IMG/VR virus record: IMGVR_UViG_3300007609_000005
Coordinates: 68,460 to 132,459 of that record
Source: a virus
Direction: 5' to 3' (one strand)
DNA: 64,000 nucleotides
Shown here piece by piece: positions 1 to 9,466 of the stretch. The stretch's first letter is position 1. Each line of letters opens with the position of its first letter. The translations under genes were made by a program, and so were the position numbers. Under the pieces are notes generated by a model that worked only from the letters and a program-made list of their open reading frames with translations, searched no databases and was not told where the DNA came from.

Positions 1-1
1 A

Positions 2-907
2 CAATCTGAACTGGGTGATGATGGTAGAATAGAACGTAGTGGTGAATTTCCAGAGATAAAGACGGGGTGGGGCTGGTTCATAGACATCAAGAACCATATT
101 CCACAGATAAAGGAAAAAATAGAGGAAATAGATTGGAAGCCTGAGAGGTTTAAACAGAATGCACTAAATTGGGCAGATAACATTGAATGGGATTGGTCCA
201 TATCAAGAGAACGGTATTATGGTATTCCGATACCAGGTGAAGAAAGAATGACATTTGACACTTGGTTCATCTCTTCCCTATCGCCACAACTGGCTTGGAA
301 CTCATATACGGGTGATACTAGCCTAGATATCCCTATATTTGATATGAGATACCAAGGACATGATATTATTCGAACATGGGCTTTCTATACGATTGCAATG
401 TCATATTTTTTAAACAATCAAATACCTTGGAAGACACTTATGATAACAGGACATACACTTGATGGTAAGGGAGATAAGTTCTCCAAGTCATCTGGAAATG
501 CCACTGATCCAAGACCATATATCGATAGACACAAACCATCAGGAATAAGATGGTGGGCATGTTCAACAACCTTGGGGAATGATATAAAACTAGATGAGCC
601 AAAGATGAAAATGGGTTGGCGTATTGAGAACAAACTTCTAAACGCCAAGAAATTCATAAAAATGCAAATAGATAATGAGTGGATAGGTGAAGATGAAAGC
701 CTTATGACGGAATATTTAGACCATAAGGATCGGATACTTGAACATTTCGAAAATTATGAACTGGATAAGGCAACTGATCACATATACACATTCTTTTGGA
801 ATATATTCTGTGATAAGTGGATAGAGGCATCCAAGAAAAACCCAACTTCAATAACATTGAATAATATAATTACTGACTTCGAAAAAATAATGAATATCAT
901 ATTATGA
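2..907 (+). CDS. valS: valyl-tRNA synthetase, 5'-truncated by the window edge; minimal form apparently lacking the CP1 editing domain
   Basis: Frame open from nt 2. Motifs DWSISRERYYGIPIP, TFDTWFISS, QGHDIIRTWAFYT, KFSKS and FFWNIFCDKWIEASK. Confidence 0.88.
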   Translation, partial: QSELGDDGRIERSGEFPEIKTGWGWFIDIKNHIPQIKEKIEEIDWKPERFKQNALNWADNIEWDWSISRERYYGIPIPGEERMTFDTWFISSLSPQLAWNSYTGDTSLDIPIFDMRYQGHDIIRTWAFYTIAMSYFLNNQIPWKTLMITGHTLDGKGDKFSKSSGNATDPRPYIDRHKPSGIRWWACSTTLGNDIKLDEPKMKMGWRIENKLLNAKKFIKMQIDNEWIGEDESLMTEYLDHKDRILEHFENYELDKATDHIYTFFWNIFCDKWIEASKKNPTSITLNNIITDFEKIMNIIL

Positions 908-1539
908 GAAATAAAACATATTACCCAAATGATATGCTTGATATAGTGGAATATGTCAAAGAAAACCCAAGTGATAAATCACCAGAAGAAATTTATAACG
1001 ACTGGACAATTCATACTAATAATAAATTAACAGAACATGAAAGAGGAACACTAGGGGATATTAAAATATTCAGAGAAAAATTAAAAGGGGATTCAGAACT
1101 TGTTCTTTTTTGGGATGGTCGACAATCATCAAGAGTATTTGAACTCGCCCAAAATAAATATTTCAATGATACTAAATATTGGGATTTCAATCAAAATTCT
1201 TTTATACACGCATTCAGAATGGACATCAGTAATATAAATAGTCTATGGAGTCCATATAAGGATGATAAATATTTCCAATTTTATAAACACACATTCGATA
1301 ATGGTAATGAGATGATATTATTGTTCGGTTCTTTATCACCCGAAGACGATTCTTATAAATATGATAAATATACACTCAGTGATGTTATACGAGAAGAGGG
1401 AATATCTAAATATATGACATTCATAGAATCATCATTGTCAAATCCATGGCTTATGGTATTATTCAAGGATAATCCCGAATATGGATTTGAATATGAGAAT
1501 GGTATTGAGGTAATAGAGAAAAGATTCTCCAAAAAATAA
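904..1539 (+). CDS. hypothetical protein
   Basis: 211-aa ORF overlapping the valS stop. Confidence 0.7.
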   Translation: MRNKTYYPNDMLDIVEYVKENPSDKSPEEIYNDWTIHTNNKLTEHERGTLGDIKIFREKLKGDSELVLFWDGRQSSRVFELAQNKYFNDTKYWDFNQNSFIHAFRMDISNINSLWSPYKDDKYFQFYKHTFDNGNEMILLFGSLSPEDDSYKYDKYTLSDVIREEGISKYMTFIESSLSNPWLMVLFKDNPEYGFEYENGIEVIEKRFSKK

Positions 1540-1552
1540 ATAAACCAGTAAT

Positions 1553-2047
1553 ATGAAAAAGCCAACACGACAAGAAATCGCCAATAAGTTTGATACTTGG
1601 GTAGAGAACTATGAACCGGATACACACGATCTACAATCTATTTTTGAGGCGGGAATTGAATATGCATTTGAGTATCAAAAACCATCAAGAGTGATGAGAA
1701 CTTATACAGAACTTGGATTCCCAATAGATGTTAAACTCATACATGATATAATGACCAATAAAGTTGATCATGAATTATACGATGAGTTATACAATATGGA
1801 TAATATAGAAATCACTAAGGTTGATACATCCAGAACAGAAAGTAATTGGACTGATACGTGGATAACGATTATTTTCACTGCATGGGATAGTAATCAGGAA
1901 TATAAAAACAATACTATCAAAATTGATAACTTAGGCAGAGTGACTGTGGATATAAATGATACACCATGGGAAAGTGGGGGTGTTTCTAGAGAAATTGAAG
2001 AAATTGTTATGGGTCTAGTTACAAAAGCTAAATATGTAACTGATTGA
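1553..2047 (+). CDS. hypothetical protein
   Basis: 164-aa ORF at operon-like spacing. Confidence 0.7.
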   Translation: MKKPTRQEIANKFDTWVENYEPDTHDLQSIFEAGIEYAFEYQKPSRVMRTYTELGFPIDVKLIHDIMTNKVDHELYDELYNMDNIEITKVDTSRTESNWTDTWITIIFTAWDSNQEYKNNTIKIDNLGRVTVDINDTPWESGGVSREIEEIVMGLVTKAKYVTD

Positions 2048-2074
2048 TATAATTAAAAACGAAGAACCATAGCA

Positions 2075-2383
2075 ATGAAGAATGAATTAGTTCCAAAAAT
2101 AGGACAGCAAATAATCTGTATAAAAAGTGATCATATCACTGATATAAATGATGGTATATCTAAAGGCAAAACTTATACCATTCATGATATAACTACTCCA
2201 GAGGATAACAGAAATGGTTGGGCACATGGAACAAAAAGCTGTGTTTTCTTATTTGAACCAAAGTGGTCGATTATTATTGATAACGGAACAATAGTCAGTT
2301 ATAACCTTTCAGAATTATGTGAATATTTCAATGCTAAAGGACTACTCAGAAATGATACAATAAATAGCATACTATATGGATAG
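2075..2383 (+). CDS. hypothetical protein with C-terminal RxxxIxxIL tag
   Basis: Ends LLRNDTINSILYG; SH3/KOW-like start KIGQQIICI. Confidence 0.7.
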   Translation: MKNELVPKIGQQIICIKSDHITDINDGISKGKTYTIHDITTPEDNRNGWAHGTKSCVFLFEPKWSIIIDNGTIVSYNLSELCEYFNAKGLLRNDTINSILYG

Positions 2384-2429
2384 TTATTTTCACGGCAAAG
2401 AAAATATTGGGTAACTAAATTTCATTCCG

Positions 2430-2437
2430 TATATTTG
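2430..2437 (+). promoter_or_regulatory. Bacteroidota-type -7 promoter element (TAnnTTTG)
   Basis: TATATTTG upstream of ORF 2457. Confidence 0.6.
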
Positions 2438-2456
2438 TTCATATAATAAATATGCA

Positions 2457-2768
2457 ATGAAAATAAACCTAAGCGAAAATGTTATCATATACCCAAGTAA
2501 AGAAGGTTGGATAAAAATCTATGAAACATTTGCAAATAGGTATAGGAAACCCTATAATGAAGCAATAAACCATATAGATGAGTATAACCGAACAGATGAT
2601 AATGGATTTAAGGAACAATTATGGGTAATTATGGAAATGTATAATGGGTTATTATATAATGGAAGTACATTACTCTCTAATATGGATGTGGACCTATTGA
2701 ATAATTATACCCTATCTGAACAAGATAAAAGAAGTATTAAATTACAAAATATCTTAGACAATAAATAA
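2457..2768 (+). CDS. hypothetical protein with C-terminal tag
   Basis: Ends DKRSIKLQNILDNK. Confidence 0.7.
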   Translation: MKINLSENVIIYPSKEGWIKIYETFANRYRKPYNEAINHIDEYNRTDDNGFKEQLWVIMEMYNGLLYNGSTLLSNMDVDLLNNYTLSEQDKRSIKLQNILDNK

Positions 2769-2784
2769 TATTAAATTATTTTTG

Positions 2785-2792
2785 TATATTTG
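2785..2792 (+). promoter_or_regulatory. TAnnTTTG promoter element
   Basis: TATATTTG followed by an A/C-rich leader and ATG at 2812. Confidence 0.6.
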
Positions 2793-2811
2793 TACAAACA
2801 AACACTCACAA

Positions 2812-3246
2812 ATGGAAATTTACGAAGTAACTTACAAGAACGAATTAGCAAGAGTAAAAAAATACCCATCAGATTATTATGATATCGATGGGAAAATAGC
2901 ATTCCGTGTTGTAATCGAAGAGAATGTTCATACAGTTGTGGTTATGGCAAAAAACATAGAAGCAGTTCGTAACGTGTATAAAGAGGAAACTCACACATGT
3001 AATGGATTCACAAAACGAACATTATATGATGTTGAAATAAAACACTTACGTTCCGAAGAAAATCAATTTGAAGCACTTTTCCCAGATGATAAAGTGACTA
3101 CAGTCAAGCCACAGAAAACCAAAACAACCAGAGACATCCGGGAAGAAGATGCATTCTGTGCAGACGAAGTTCAAGAAAGGTATAGTAAATTGGATGACTC
3201 AGGTAAAGAATATATGAGAACTCACAGAGAATACTCAGATTTTTGA
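2812..3246 (+). CDS. hypothetical protein
   Basis: Start moved to MEIYEV, downstream of the promoter box. Confidence 0.7.
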   Translation: MEIYEVTYKNELARVKKYPSDYYDIDGKIAFRVVIEENVHTVVVMAKNIEAVRNVYKEETHTCNGFTKRTLYDVEIKHLRSEENQFEALFPDDKVTTVKPQKTKTTRDIREEDAFCADEVQERYSKLDDSGKEYMRTHREYSDF

Positions 3247-3279
3247 TTAAATATATAATATACAAAAAAAAGAGTCAAA

Positions 3280-3552
3280 ATGACAAAAATCAAAAAATTC
3301 ACCGAAAATACATCACCGAAAGCAAAAGATAAGTACCTAACAGTTGGGAAAATGAAAGAATTGCTTAATAAATACCAAGATGATATGCTTATTGGAGCAA
3401 TTGGACACTTTGGTGAATTCATGGAAATGACGGATTTTGATGTTTCATCAAGAAAATCATATTTAACCAATGGGTCAAGTTGGAGAAACCGTGGTGAAGA
3501 AGTAACAGTAGTGGAACTCACAGTTCCTGAAAAGGGTCCAGAGCCAGACTAA
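3280..3552 (+). CDS. putative late/internal virion protein
   Basis: Starts MTKIKKFTEN; AAATATATA at 3249-3257. Confidence 0.65.
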   Translation: MTKIKKFTENTSPKAKDKYLTVGKMKELLNKYQDDMLIGAIGHFGEFMEMTDFDVSSRKSYLTNGSSWRNRGEEVTVVELTVPEKGPEPD

Positions 3553-4931
3553 CCATAGAACTGTTTCTTATACTCTTCCTTATACTTATTGGAGATTTCA
3601 TAATAATCATAATCAACAGTCCGTATTACATTTTCAAAAATCTCTTTCATATATTTATCAATGTAGCCATCCTCATATTTATATGACATATCGGTTACAT
3701 TTACTTTATCAGACAATTTAACCTCATTCAAGTCGAAATGGGGTTTTATATAATCAGTACCCATATAGAAAGAGTATTCTAAAATATCATTCTCATTACT
3801 GAAAATAATCATTTTATAAATTCCTTTCAATTTTTCCAAATAACTTTCAACAACCTCTTTTATCTCTTTTGAGACATATGCATTATTATAATACTCACCA
3901 TCTATTTCAACATAGTCATGGTAATTATTCTTATACATCTCCCACACCTCATTATCAATTATCCTTTCGATGTCCCGGTAAAACTCTTTCTTTATATCCC
4001 CTTTGGTTTTTTTACCTACCCATTGTTTCTTTTTAAAATAATCTTCCAAGGTATCTGACTTATGTTTTCTCATATCATCACTCAACATTTTCAGAAGAAA
4101 CCTTGACATTTTGTCCGGCTTAGAACGGATGTTATGTACCATATTAGAAATAACATACACCGCCTCGTGTTCATATGGTGAACCCAATCGATAATGATTG
4201 TGTGTTTCTTTCCCCAATGTTTCGTCCAATTCTTTCTTCAACTTATCACTATTCATAAATTTAACAATCCTATCATAGTTCTTTTCATCGTTAAAAGATA
4301 AAAATGATGCCAATTTAATTTGATCATACTTAGGTACCCAAGTAGTTTTGGATTCACCATCACCCTCTTCGAAATCAGAAGATACATTTTTAATGGGGTT
4401 CTTTTGGTTTAGGAAATCTTCTTTATTTTTATATAGATACAATGGAATATCACGTTTATTACAATAATGAATCAATTCAGAAACACCATCATAATATTCA
4501 TCATCTCTCTGATATGCATCACAATGTATTTCTAAGATATACTTACTTGCATTCGGTATAACAGCATCATTTGATACCAATCTATCCTCTTGTTCAGTTT
4601 CCAATGCACTCTTATAAGAACTCACTGTTTGGTACTCATTGGGGTCCTTCGACCATTGCCAATAATCAACGGGGATTATTTTATACTTGTTCCTTAATTT
4701 ACGATCATCAAGTAATATTTTAGTATTACCCGATCGATAACCACTACTCTTACTCCTAGTCATTGAGAAAAAGAAAAATCTACCCTTATTTATTTTAAGA
4801 TCGGACGATGTTCCTGCAGCCGATGTCAAACTTATTTCATCATTCTTAAGTATGTTGGCAACATAACCACTATTTGTGAAATGGTATAAACCATAACCTA
4901 CTTTTTCCAAAAAGGTTTTTAGGAACTTCAT
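3549..4931 (-). CDS. putative internal virion protein with N-terminal ADP-ribosyltransferase-like domain
   Basis: Starts MKFLKTFLE; LYHFT...FFSMTRS...EQEDRL pattern; paralogous to 8747..9451. Confidence 0.55.
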   Translation of the reverse strand: MKFLKTFLEKVGYGLYHFTNSGYVANILKNDEISLTSAAGTSSDLKINKGRFFFFSMTRSKSSGYRSGNTKILLDDRKLRNKYKIIPVDYWQWSKDPNEYQTVSSYKSALETEQEDRLVSNDAVIPNASKYILEIHCDAYQRDDEYYDGVSELIHYCNKRDIPLYLYKNKEDFLNQKNPIKNVSSDFEEGDGESKTTWVPKYDQIKLASFLSFNDEKNYDRIVKFMNSDKLKKELDETLGKETHNHYRLGSPYEHEAVYVISNMVHNIRSKPDKMSRFLLKMLSDDMRKHKSDTLEDYFKKKQWVGKKTKGDIKKEFYRDIERIIDNEVWEMYKNNYHDYVEIDGEYYNNAYVSKEIKEVVESYLEKLKGIYKMIIFSNENDILEYSFYMGTDYIKPHFDLNEVKLSDKVNVTDMSYKYEDGYIDKYMKEIFENVIRTVDYDYYEISNKYKEEYKKQFYG

Positions 4932-4936
4932 AATTT

Positions 4937-4945
4937 TATATATTA
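4937..4945 (-). promoter_or_regulatory. putative late promoter TAATATATA
   Basis: TATATATTA on the + strand, 5 nt before the ATG at 4931. Confidence 0.6.
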
Positions 4946-4971
4946 AAAATAACTTTTAACGATTAAAATCG

Positions 4972-4979
4972 TATATTTG
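4972..4979 (+). promoter_or_regulatory. TAnnTTTG promoter of leuS
   Basis: TATATTTG 4 nt before the ATG at 4984. Confidence 0.6.
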
Positions 4980-4983
4980 TAGT

Positions 4984-6264
4984 ATGTCAAAGAATAAAAA
5001 GTATATTAATGTGATGTTCCCATACCCAAGTGGTTCAGGCCTTCACATCGGACATGTTTATAATTATGCAATAATGGATTCCTATTCCAGGTATTGGCGG
5101 TATAGAGGATATGATGTATTTCAACCATTCGGATTTGACTCATTCGGACTTCCTGCCGAAAATTATGCCAAAAAAGTTGGAAGGAAGCCAAGTGAAGTCA
5201 CATATGAGAATATTGAAAACTTCAGAAAACAAATGAGAGACATGAATACTGAATATACTGAGTTGCTAACGACTTCGGATGTTTCATATTATAAATGGAC
5301 ACAGTGGATATTCAGTAAGTTGAGAGAACATGGTTTGGCATACAAAAAAGATGGTGAAGTGAATTGGTGTACATCGTGTGAAACTGTCTTGGCAAGAGAA
5401 CAAGTTAAAGATGGTGTGTGTAAAAGGTGTAGTTCTACCGTGGAAGAGAAGGTAATGAACCAATGGTATTTCAAGATAACCGATTACAAGGACAGGTTGA
5501 TCAAAAATTTGGATCACATCGACTACCCACAATCAACTATCAATGCACAAAGAAATTGGTTGGAGAATTTGCACGATTGGTGTGTTTCAAGACAAAGAAG
5601 TTGGGGATGTCCAATTCCCGTTGAAAATGAAACAGACACATTGGATACATTTGTCGATTCATCTTTCTATTTTGTTCGATATTGTGACCCATTCAATGAT
5701 GAAGAATTGTGTTCAAGAGATAAATACCAACAAGTCGATATGTATGTTGGTGGAAGTGAACACGCCTGTATGCACTTGATATATGCCAGGTTCATTCATA
5801 TGTTCTTGTACGATATTGGTGTTGTCCCGGTCGAAGAACCATTCAAAAGTGTAAGACACCAAGGTATGATATTGAATGATGGTGAAAAGATGTCAAAGTC
5901 AAAAGGAAATACAATAAATCCCGATGATTACGACCCAGATGAGTTGAGAATGTACTTGATGTTCATTGGCCACTATTTCGATGGTGGTTCGTGGTCAGAT
6001 AAGAATATAAAGGGAATTAGACGATTCATCGGCAGGTTTAAGGAATGGATGTCGAGAGAAGGTGATCATGTTATTGACATCGAACCATTCAAAGAGAAAG
6101 TTTTCAATTATACGGAATCTTTCAAATTCAACAAAGTTGTTTCTGAGTATATGACATTGGTGAATAAGAATAGAAAATACAACATAACCCCTGAAGTTAA
6201 AAAAGAATTGACCAATATTTTGAAAATATATATCCCCGGTTTAGAATTGGGTGATGGTGATTAA
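4984..6264 (+). CDS. leuS: minimal leucyl-tRNA synthetase (426 aa; no CP1 editing or C-terminal domain)
   Basis: MFPYPSGSGLHIGH, GFDSFGLPAENYA, YYKWTQWIF, DWCVSRQRSWGCPIP, DTFVDSSFYF, YVGGSEHACMHLIYARF, KMSKS. Confidence 0.95.
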   Translation: MSKNKKYINVMFPYPSGSGLHIGHVYNYAIMDSYSRYWRYRGYDVFQPFGFDSFGLPAENYAKKVGRKPSEVTYENIENFRKQMRDMNTEYTELLTTSDVSYYKWTQWIFSKLREHGLAYKKDGEVNWCTSCETVLAREQVKDGVCKRCSSTVEEKVMNQWYFKITDYKDRLIKNLDHIDYPQSTINAQRNWLENLHDWCVSRQRSWGCPIPVENETDTLDTFVDSSFYFVRYCDPFNDEELCSRDKYQQVDMYVGGSEHACMHLIYARFIHMFLYDIGVVPVEEPFKSVRHQGMILNDGEKMSKSKGNTINPDDYDPDELRMYLMFIGHYFDGGSWSDKNIKGIRRFIGRFKEWMSREGDHVIDIEPFKEKVFNYTESFKFNKVVSEYMTLVNKNRKYNITPEVKKELTNILKIYIPGLELGDGD

Positions 6265-6329
6265 CTTCACTTTATGATTTGGTAATACATATATTTTTCG
6301 TAAATTTACATAAACAAATCAAAAATCAG

Positions 6330-6527
6330 ATGAATATCACAAACGAAAAAATGCTTTCTGATCAAGAAAACTCAAAACTGTGGTTCAATAACTTGACATC
6401 AGGTGAAGAACAAATGTTATTGTATAAATATAATCACAAAAATGCATTCCTATCAACAAAGGAGGTTGAGGAAATGTGGAAATCCGAATTATCTGAATCA
6501 TTGACCAATAGAGTGAATGACATCTGA
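6330..6527 (+). CDS. hypothetical protein
   Basis: Likely start MNITNE after an A-rich leader. Confidence 0.55.
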   Translation: MNITNEKMLSDQENSKLWFNNLTSGEEQMLLYKYNHKNAFLSTKEVEEMWKSELSESLTNRVNDI

Positions 6528-6849
6528 AATTAAAAAAAGTATATTAATATCATTATTCACAACCCAAGGAAATTATGTGAGCAATGATGGTATATTCCGA
6601 GTTGGTCCGGACTTCAAGCCATTTGACATTTTCATATTTCATAAATTAGTGGAAAGCTCAATATTACTTGAGATAAGTACTGGTATTGATGGTTCGGAAA
6701 AAGATACTAAATACAACTGGTGCTATATACTCAACCATAATAGACTTATAGAAAAAATCAAATCAATAGATGAAAAATTTACAGACTATGATTGGAATTA
6801 TCTATTAAGATTGTCAAGGGAAAATAAACTAAACAATATTCTAAGTTGA
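6517..6849 (+). CDS. hypothetical protein with C-terminal tag
   Basis: Ends LSRENKLNNILS. Confidence 0.7.
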   Translation: MTSEIKKSILISLFTTQGNYVSNDGIFRVGPDFKPFDIFIFHKLVESSILLEISTGIDGSEKDTKYNWCYILNHNRLIEKIKSIDEKFTDYDWNYLLRLSRENKLNNILS

Positions 6850-6867
6850 TCATTCAATAATATTTAT

Positions 6868-7269
6868 ATGAGAACAACACCCAAAAATATTAAGAAACTT
6901 GAAAGTAACCAAATATTTGTATTTGGCAGCAACCAATCCGGAAGACATGGGAAAGGTGCTGCGAAAACAGCACTTGGTTGGGGTGCTGTATATGGACAAG
7001 CAGAGGGTTTGCAAGGTAAAACCTATGGAATTCCAAGTAAAGATAAAAGCATAAGACGAACGTTATCCATAGAGGAAATTAAACCTTACGTTGATAGATT
7101 TATAGAATTTGCTGAAACCCACCCCGAACTAACATTCTTAGTAACTGAAATCGGTTGTGGTTTGGCAGGATTAAAGCCCAAGAATGTAGCACCCCTTTTT
7201 ACAGAATGCAAGAATCTTGAAAATGTTTGGCTACCTGCTAGGTTTTGGCATAAGTTAGGTGGAACATAA
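6868..7269 (+). CDS. A1S_2505-family phage protein (macrodomain-like)
   Basis: IFVFGSN..GRHGKGAA, GLQGKTYGIP, FLVTEIGCGLAG signature. Confidence 0.8.
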   Translation: MRTTPKNIKKLESNQIFVFGSNQSGRHGKGAAKTALGWGAVYGQAEGLQGKTYGIPSKDKSIRRTLSIEEIKPYVDRFIEFAETHPELTFLVTEIGCGLAGLKPKNVAPLFTECKNLENVWLPARFWHKLGGT

Positions 7270-7284
7270 TAACATACCCAAAAC

Positions 7285-7293
7285 TAATATATA
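7285..7293 (+). promoter_or_regulatory. putative late promoter TAATATATA
   Basis: 4 nt before the ATG at 7298. Confidence 0.6.
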
Positions 7294-7297
7294 ATCA

Positions 7298-7750
7298 ATG
7301 GATCATATATTAAATTACAATAATTTCCCAATACTTGAACAACGCAACGATGGATTAGTGGCGTATCACGGAACATCTGATAAGAACATCCAAAACATCC
7401 AAAACAATGGATTGAATAAGCCATTTTTAGCAAAAACATATGAATTGGCAGAATATTATGCAGAAGAAGCATGTGATGATATCGGTGGGAATCCAATAAT
7501 TATCGAACTTGTAGTCCCTGATATTTCAAAATTAAGATATGATGGTGCTGCGATGGATGAACCGGTTCTAGTCGATGAAAATACTGTCCAAAAGGAGTTA
7601 GATAAAGCAGAGGAAGAACACCCGGAGTGGGTCAAAGGCGATGTTATTATTATTCCAAGTGATGAGTGGGAATATTCATGGAGAGGTGCAAATTCAATTT
7701 GGTATGATGGTTATATATCAAGTGATAATTTCATTAGTGAATATGACTAA
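7298..7750 (+). CDS. ART-fold (YHGT) putative internal virion protein
   Basis: AYHGTS..NI..I..NGL, FLA...LAEYYA; N-terminus MDHILNYNNF. Confidence 0.55.
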   Translation: MDHILNYNNFPILEQRNDGLVAYHGTSDKNIQNIQNNGLNKPFLAKTYELAEYYAEEACDDIGGNPIIIELVVPDISKLRYDGAAMDEPVLVDENTVQKELDKAEEEHPEWVKGDVIIIPSDEWEYSWRGANSIWYDGYISSDNFISEYD

Positions 7751-7795
7751 TTATTTTTATATTTGTGTTAGTATTCACAGCAAATTAAAACTAAT

Positions 7796-7990
7796 ATGGA
7801 AAACATAACAGTAAATGCATTAGAATTGGCATCAGAATTAGCCGACCAAAAACTCAGAGCCGATTGGAGTGAATCCATCACCATTGATGCAGGAGATGGT
7901 GAAGAAGTATTTTACACGGAAGAGGCACAAGACCTTTTTAATGAATACTATGACAAATATTTCACCTTGATAAATTCTTGCAAGGCGTGA
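7796..7990 (+). CDS. hypothetical protein
   Basis: 64-aa acidic ORF after TATATTTG at 7758-7765. Confidence 0.65.
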   Translation: MENITVNALELASELADQKLRADWSESITIDAGDGEEVFYTEEAQDLFNEYYDKYFTLINSCKA

Positions 7991-8421
7991 TGTATAAAAT
8001 AGAACGCCATAATCTAGTAACCGAAACCATTAAAGACATTCTTTATGTTTTTGGTGGTAGGAAAATCTATACCATAGATACACATTCATCGTCTTATAAT
8101 AGTAAAAAAGCATATTTTCTAAATACTGAAGAAGAAATCCCCATACACATATACACGAAACTGTATAATGCACATCTTTTAAGTATTGAGGGTGATGTCT
8201 ACCTTGGGGAATCAAAACCATGGTATAATCAATTGAAAAGATTTCTACCCAAAGACCCAAGTGTGGAAAATAAAGTTATAACAGTTTACACATTTAACGA
8301 ACCATTGATACGGTTTCGAGTACACGGCTTAATTTCAAGTGGTGATTGGAAACAAACTGAACGGGATACATTGAAGACAATGAAGCGTAACATAAGAATA
8401 AATGAAATTTTGAGTAACTAA
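7990..8421 (+). CDS. hypothetical protein with C-terminal tag
   Basis: TGATG coupling to the previous gene; ends MKRNIRINEILSN. Confidence 0.7.
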   Translation: MYKIERHNLVTETIKDILYVFGGRKIYTIDTHSSSYNSKKAYFLNTEEEIPIHIYTKLYNAHLLSIEGDVYLGESKPWYNQLKRFLPKDPSVENKVITVYTFNEPLIRFRVHGLISSGDWKQTERDTLKTMKRNIRINEILSN

Positions 8422-8483
8422 TTGCGTACAGAAATTATACCGAACTATATTAAACTTTATCACAATAAATGTGTATAGTAAGT

Positions 8484-8693
8484 ATGGCAATATACAAACC
8501 AGACTATAAATTCAAAAAGGCAAAAGAGTTAATTAATAGCCTTGATGACACAGAAGAAAATGAATTGATTAAATACTATATCAAAAAGAAACAAGATCGT
8601 ATTGATGAACTAAACAATAGGTTGAATGAACACAACGACTTTTTCGAAAAACTTGACCGATTTTTACCAAATAGAAATCCTATCATTCGGTAG
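8484..8693 (+). CDS. hypothetical coiled-coil protein
   Basis: Start MAIYKP after AAACTT-N16-TATAGT. Confidence 0.6.
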   Translation: MAIYKPDYKFKKAKELINSLDDTEENELIKYYIKKKQDRIDELNNRLNEHNDFFEKLDRFLPNRNPIIR

Positions 8694-8746
8694 ATTTTGA
8701 CTAAATGTATATAATTATACAAGTGATAATTTTATATATATATTTA

Positions 8747-9451
8747 ATGAAACACTTGAAGAGTTTTGAGTCTAAGAATTATCCAACTTTATACCACTAT
8801 ATCCCCTTATACAACCTTATCAAAGTATTTGAGGAATATACAAGAACCGGTAAATTCTTATTAAAGACCGATGTCTGCCCAGAAAGAACCAATAACAAAC
8901 CCGTTGTTAGTTTAAGTAGAAACTCACAGATGAACAGTGTCGATTTATCGATGTCAAAACAACTATGTAGAATATCCTTTGATGGAGAAAAATTATCACA
9001 TAGATTTAAAATGAAACCATATGCCGATTCAACATACACAAAAGGTATTGATGGTGAAGAAGAAGAAATGCTATTTCTAAATGATGATGGCACTTACACA
9101 AATACAATCAACAACCAAATACCTTGTAGATATGAGGGTGATGTTACAGATTGCATAATACGAATAGATATACTCACAAAGGTCACTGAAGTCAGAAATG
9201 GTCAATCTGGGTATGTTTCTTGGTCGGATAAGTATGATGATTACAACCCAAAATACCTTAACCGAAAAGATGAACACGATGATATGCAAAGAGACCATGA
9301 TAACATGGTCCGTAAGTTATTCCAAACCATACGTGAAAATAAAATACCTTTCCCTGTCAGACTTGTTAAAAAGTTCTCAAATATAAAGTATCAAGATCGT
9401 TATATTGATAAATGGAACAGACGAAGTTATCGATATAATAAAGGTAATTGA
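8747..9451 (+). CDS. ART-like putative internal virion protein
   Basis: Likely start MKHLKSFES after a TA repeat; LYHY...VSLSRN...EEEE; paralog of 3549..4931. Confidence 0.55.
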   Translation: MKHLKSFESKNYPTLYHYIPLYNLIKVFEEYTRTGKFLLKTDVCPERTNNKPVVSLSRNSQMNSVDLSMSKQLCRISFDGEKLSHRFKMKPYADSTYTKGIDGEEEEMLFLNDDGTYTNTINNQIPCRYEGDVTDCIIRIDILTKVTEVRNGQSGYVSWSDKYDDYNPKYLNRKDEHDDMQRDHDNMVRKLFQTIRENKIPFPVRLVKKFSNIKYQDRYIDKWNRRSYRYNKGN

Positions 9452-9466
9452 GTTAATATATACTCA

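Noticed and set aside
4932-4983. Leu-rich leader or T-box upstream of leuS, analogous to ileS
   Set aside because: Only 52 nt holding two divergent promoter boxes; no leader ORF or terminator.
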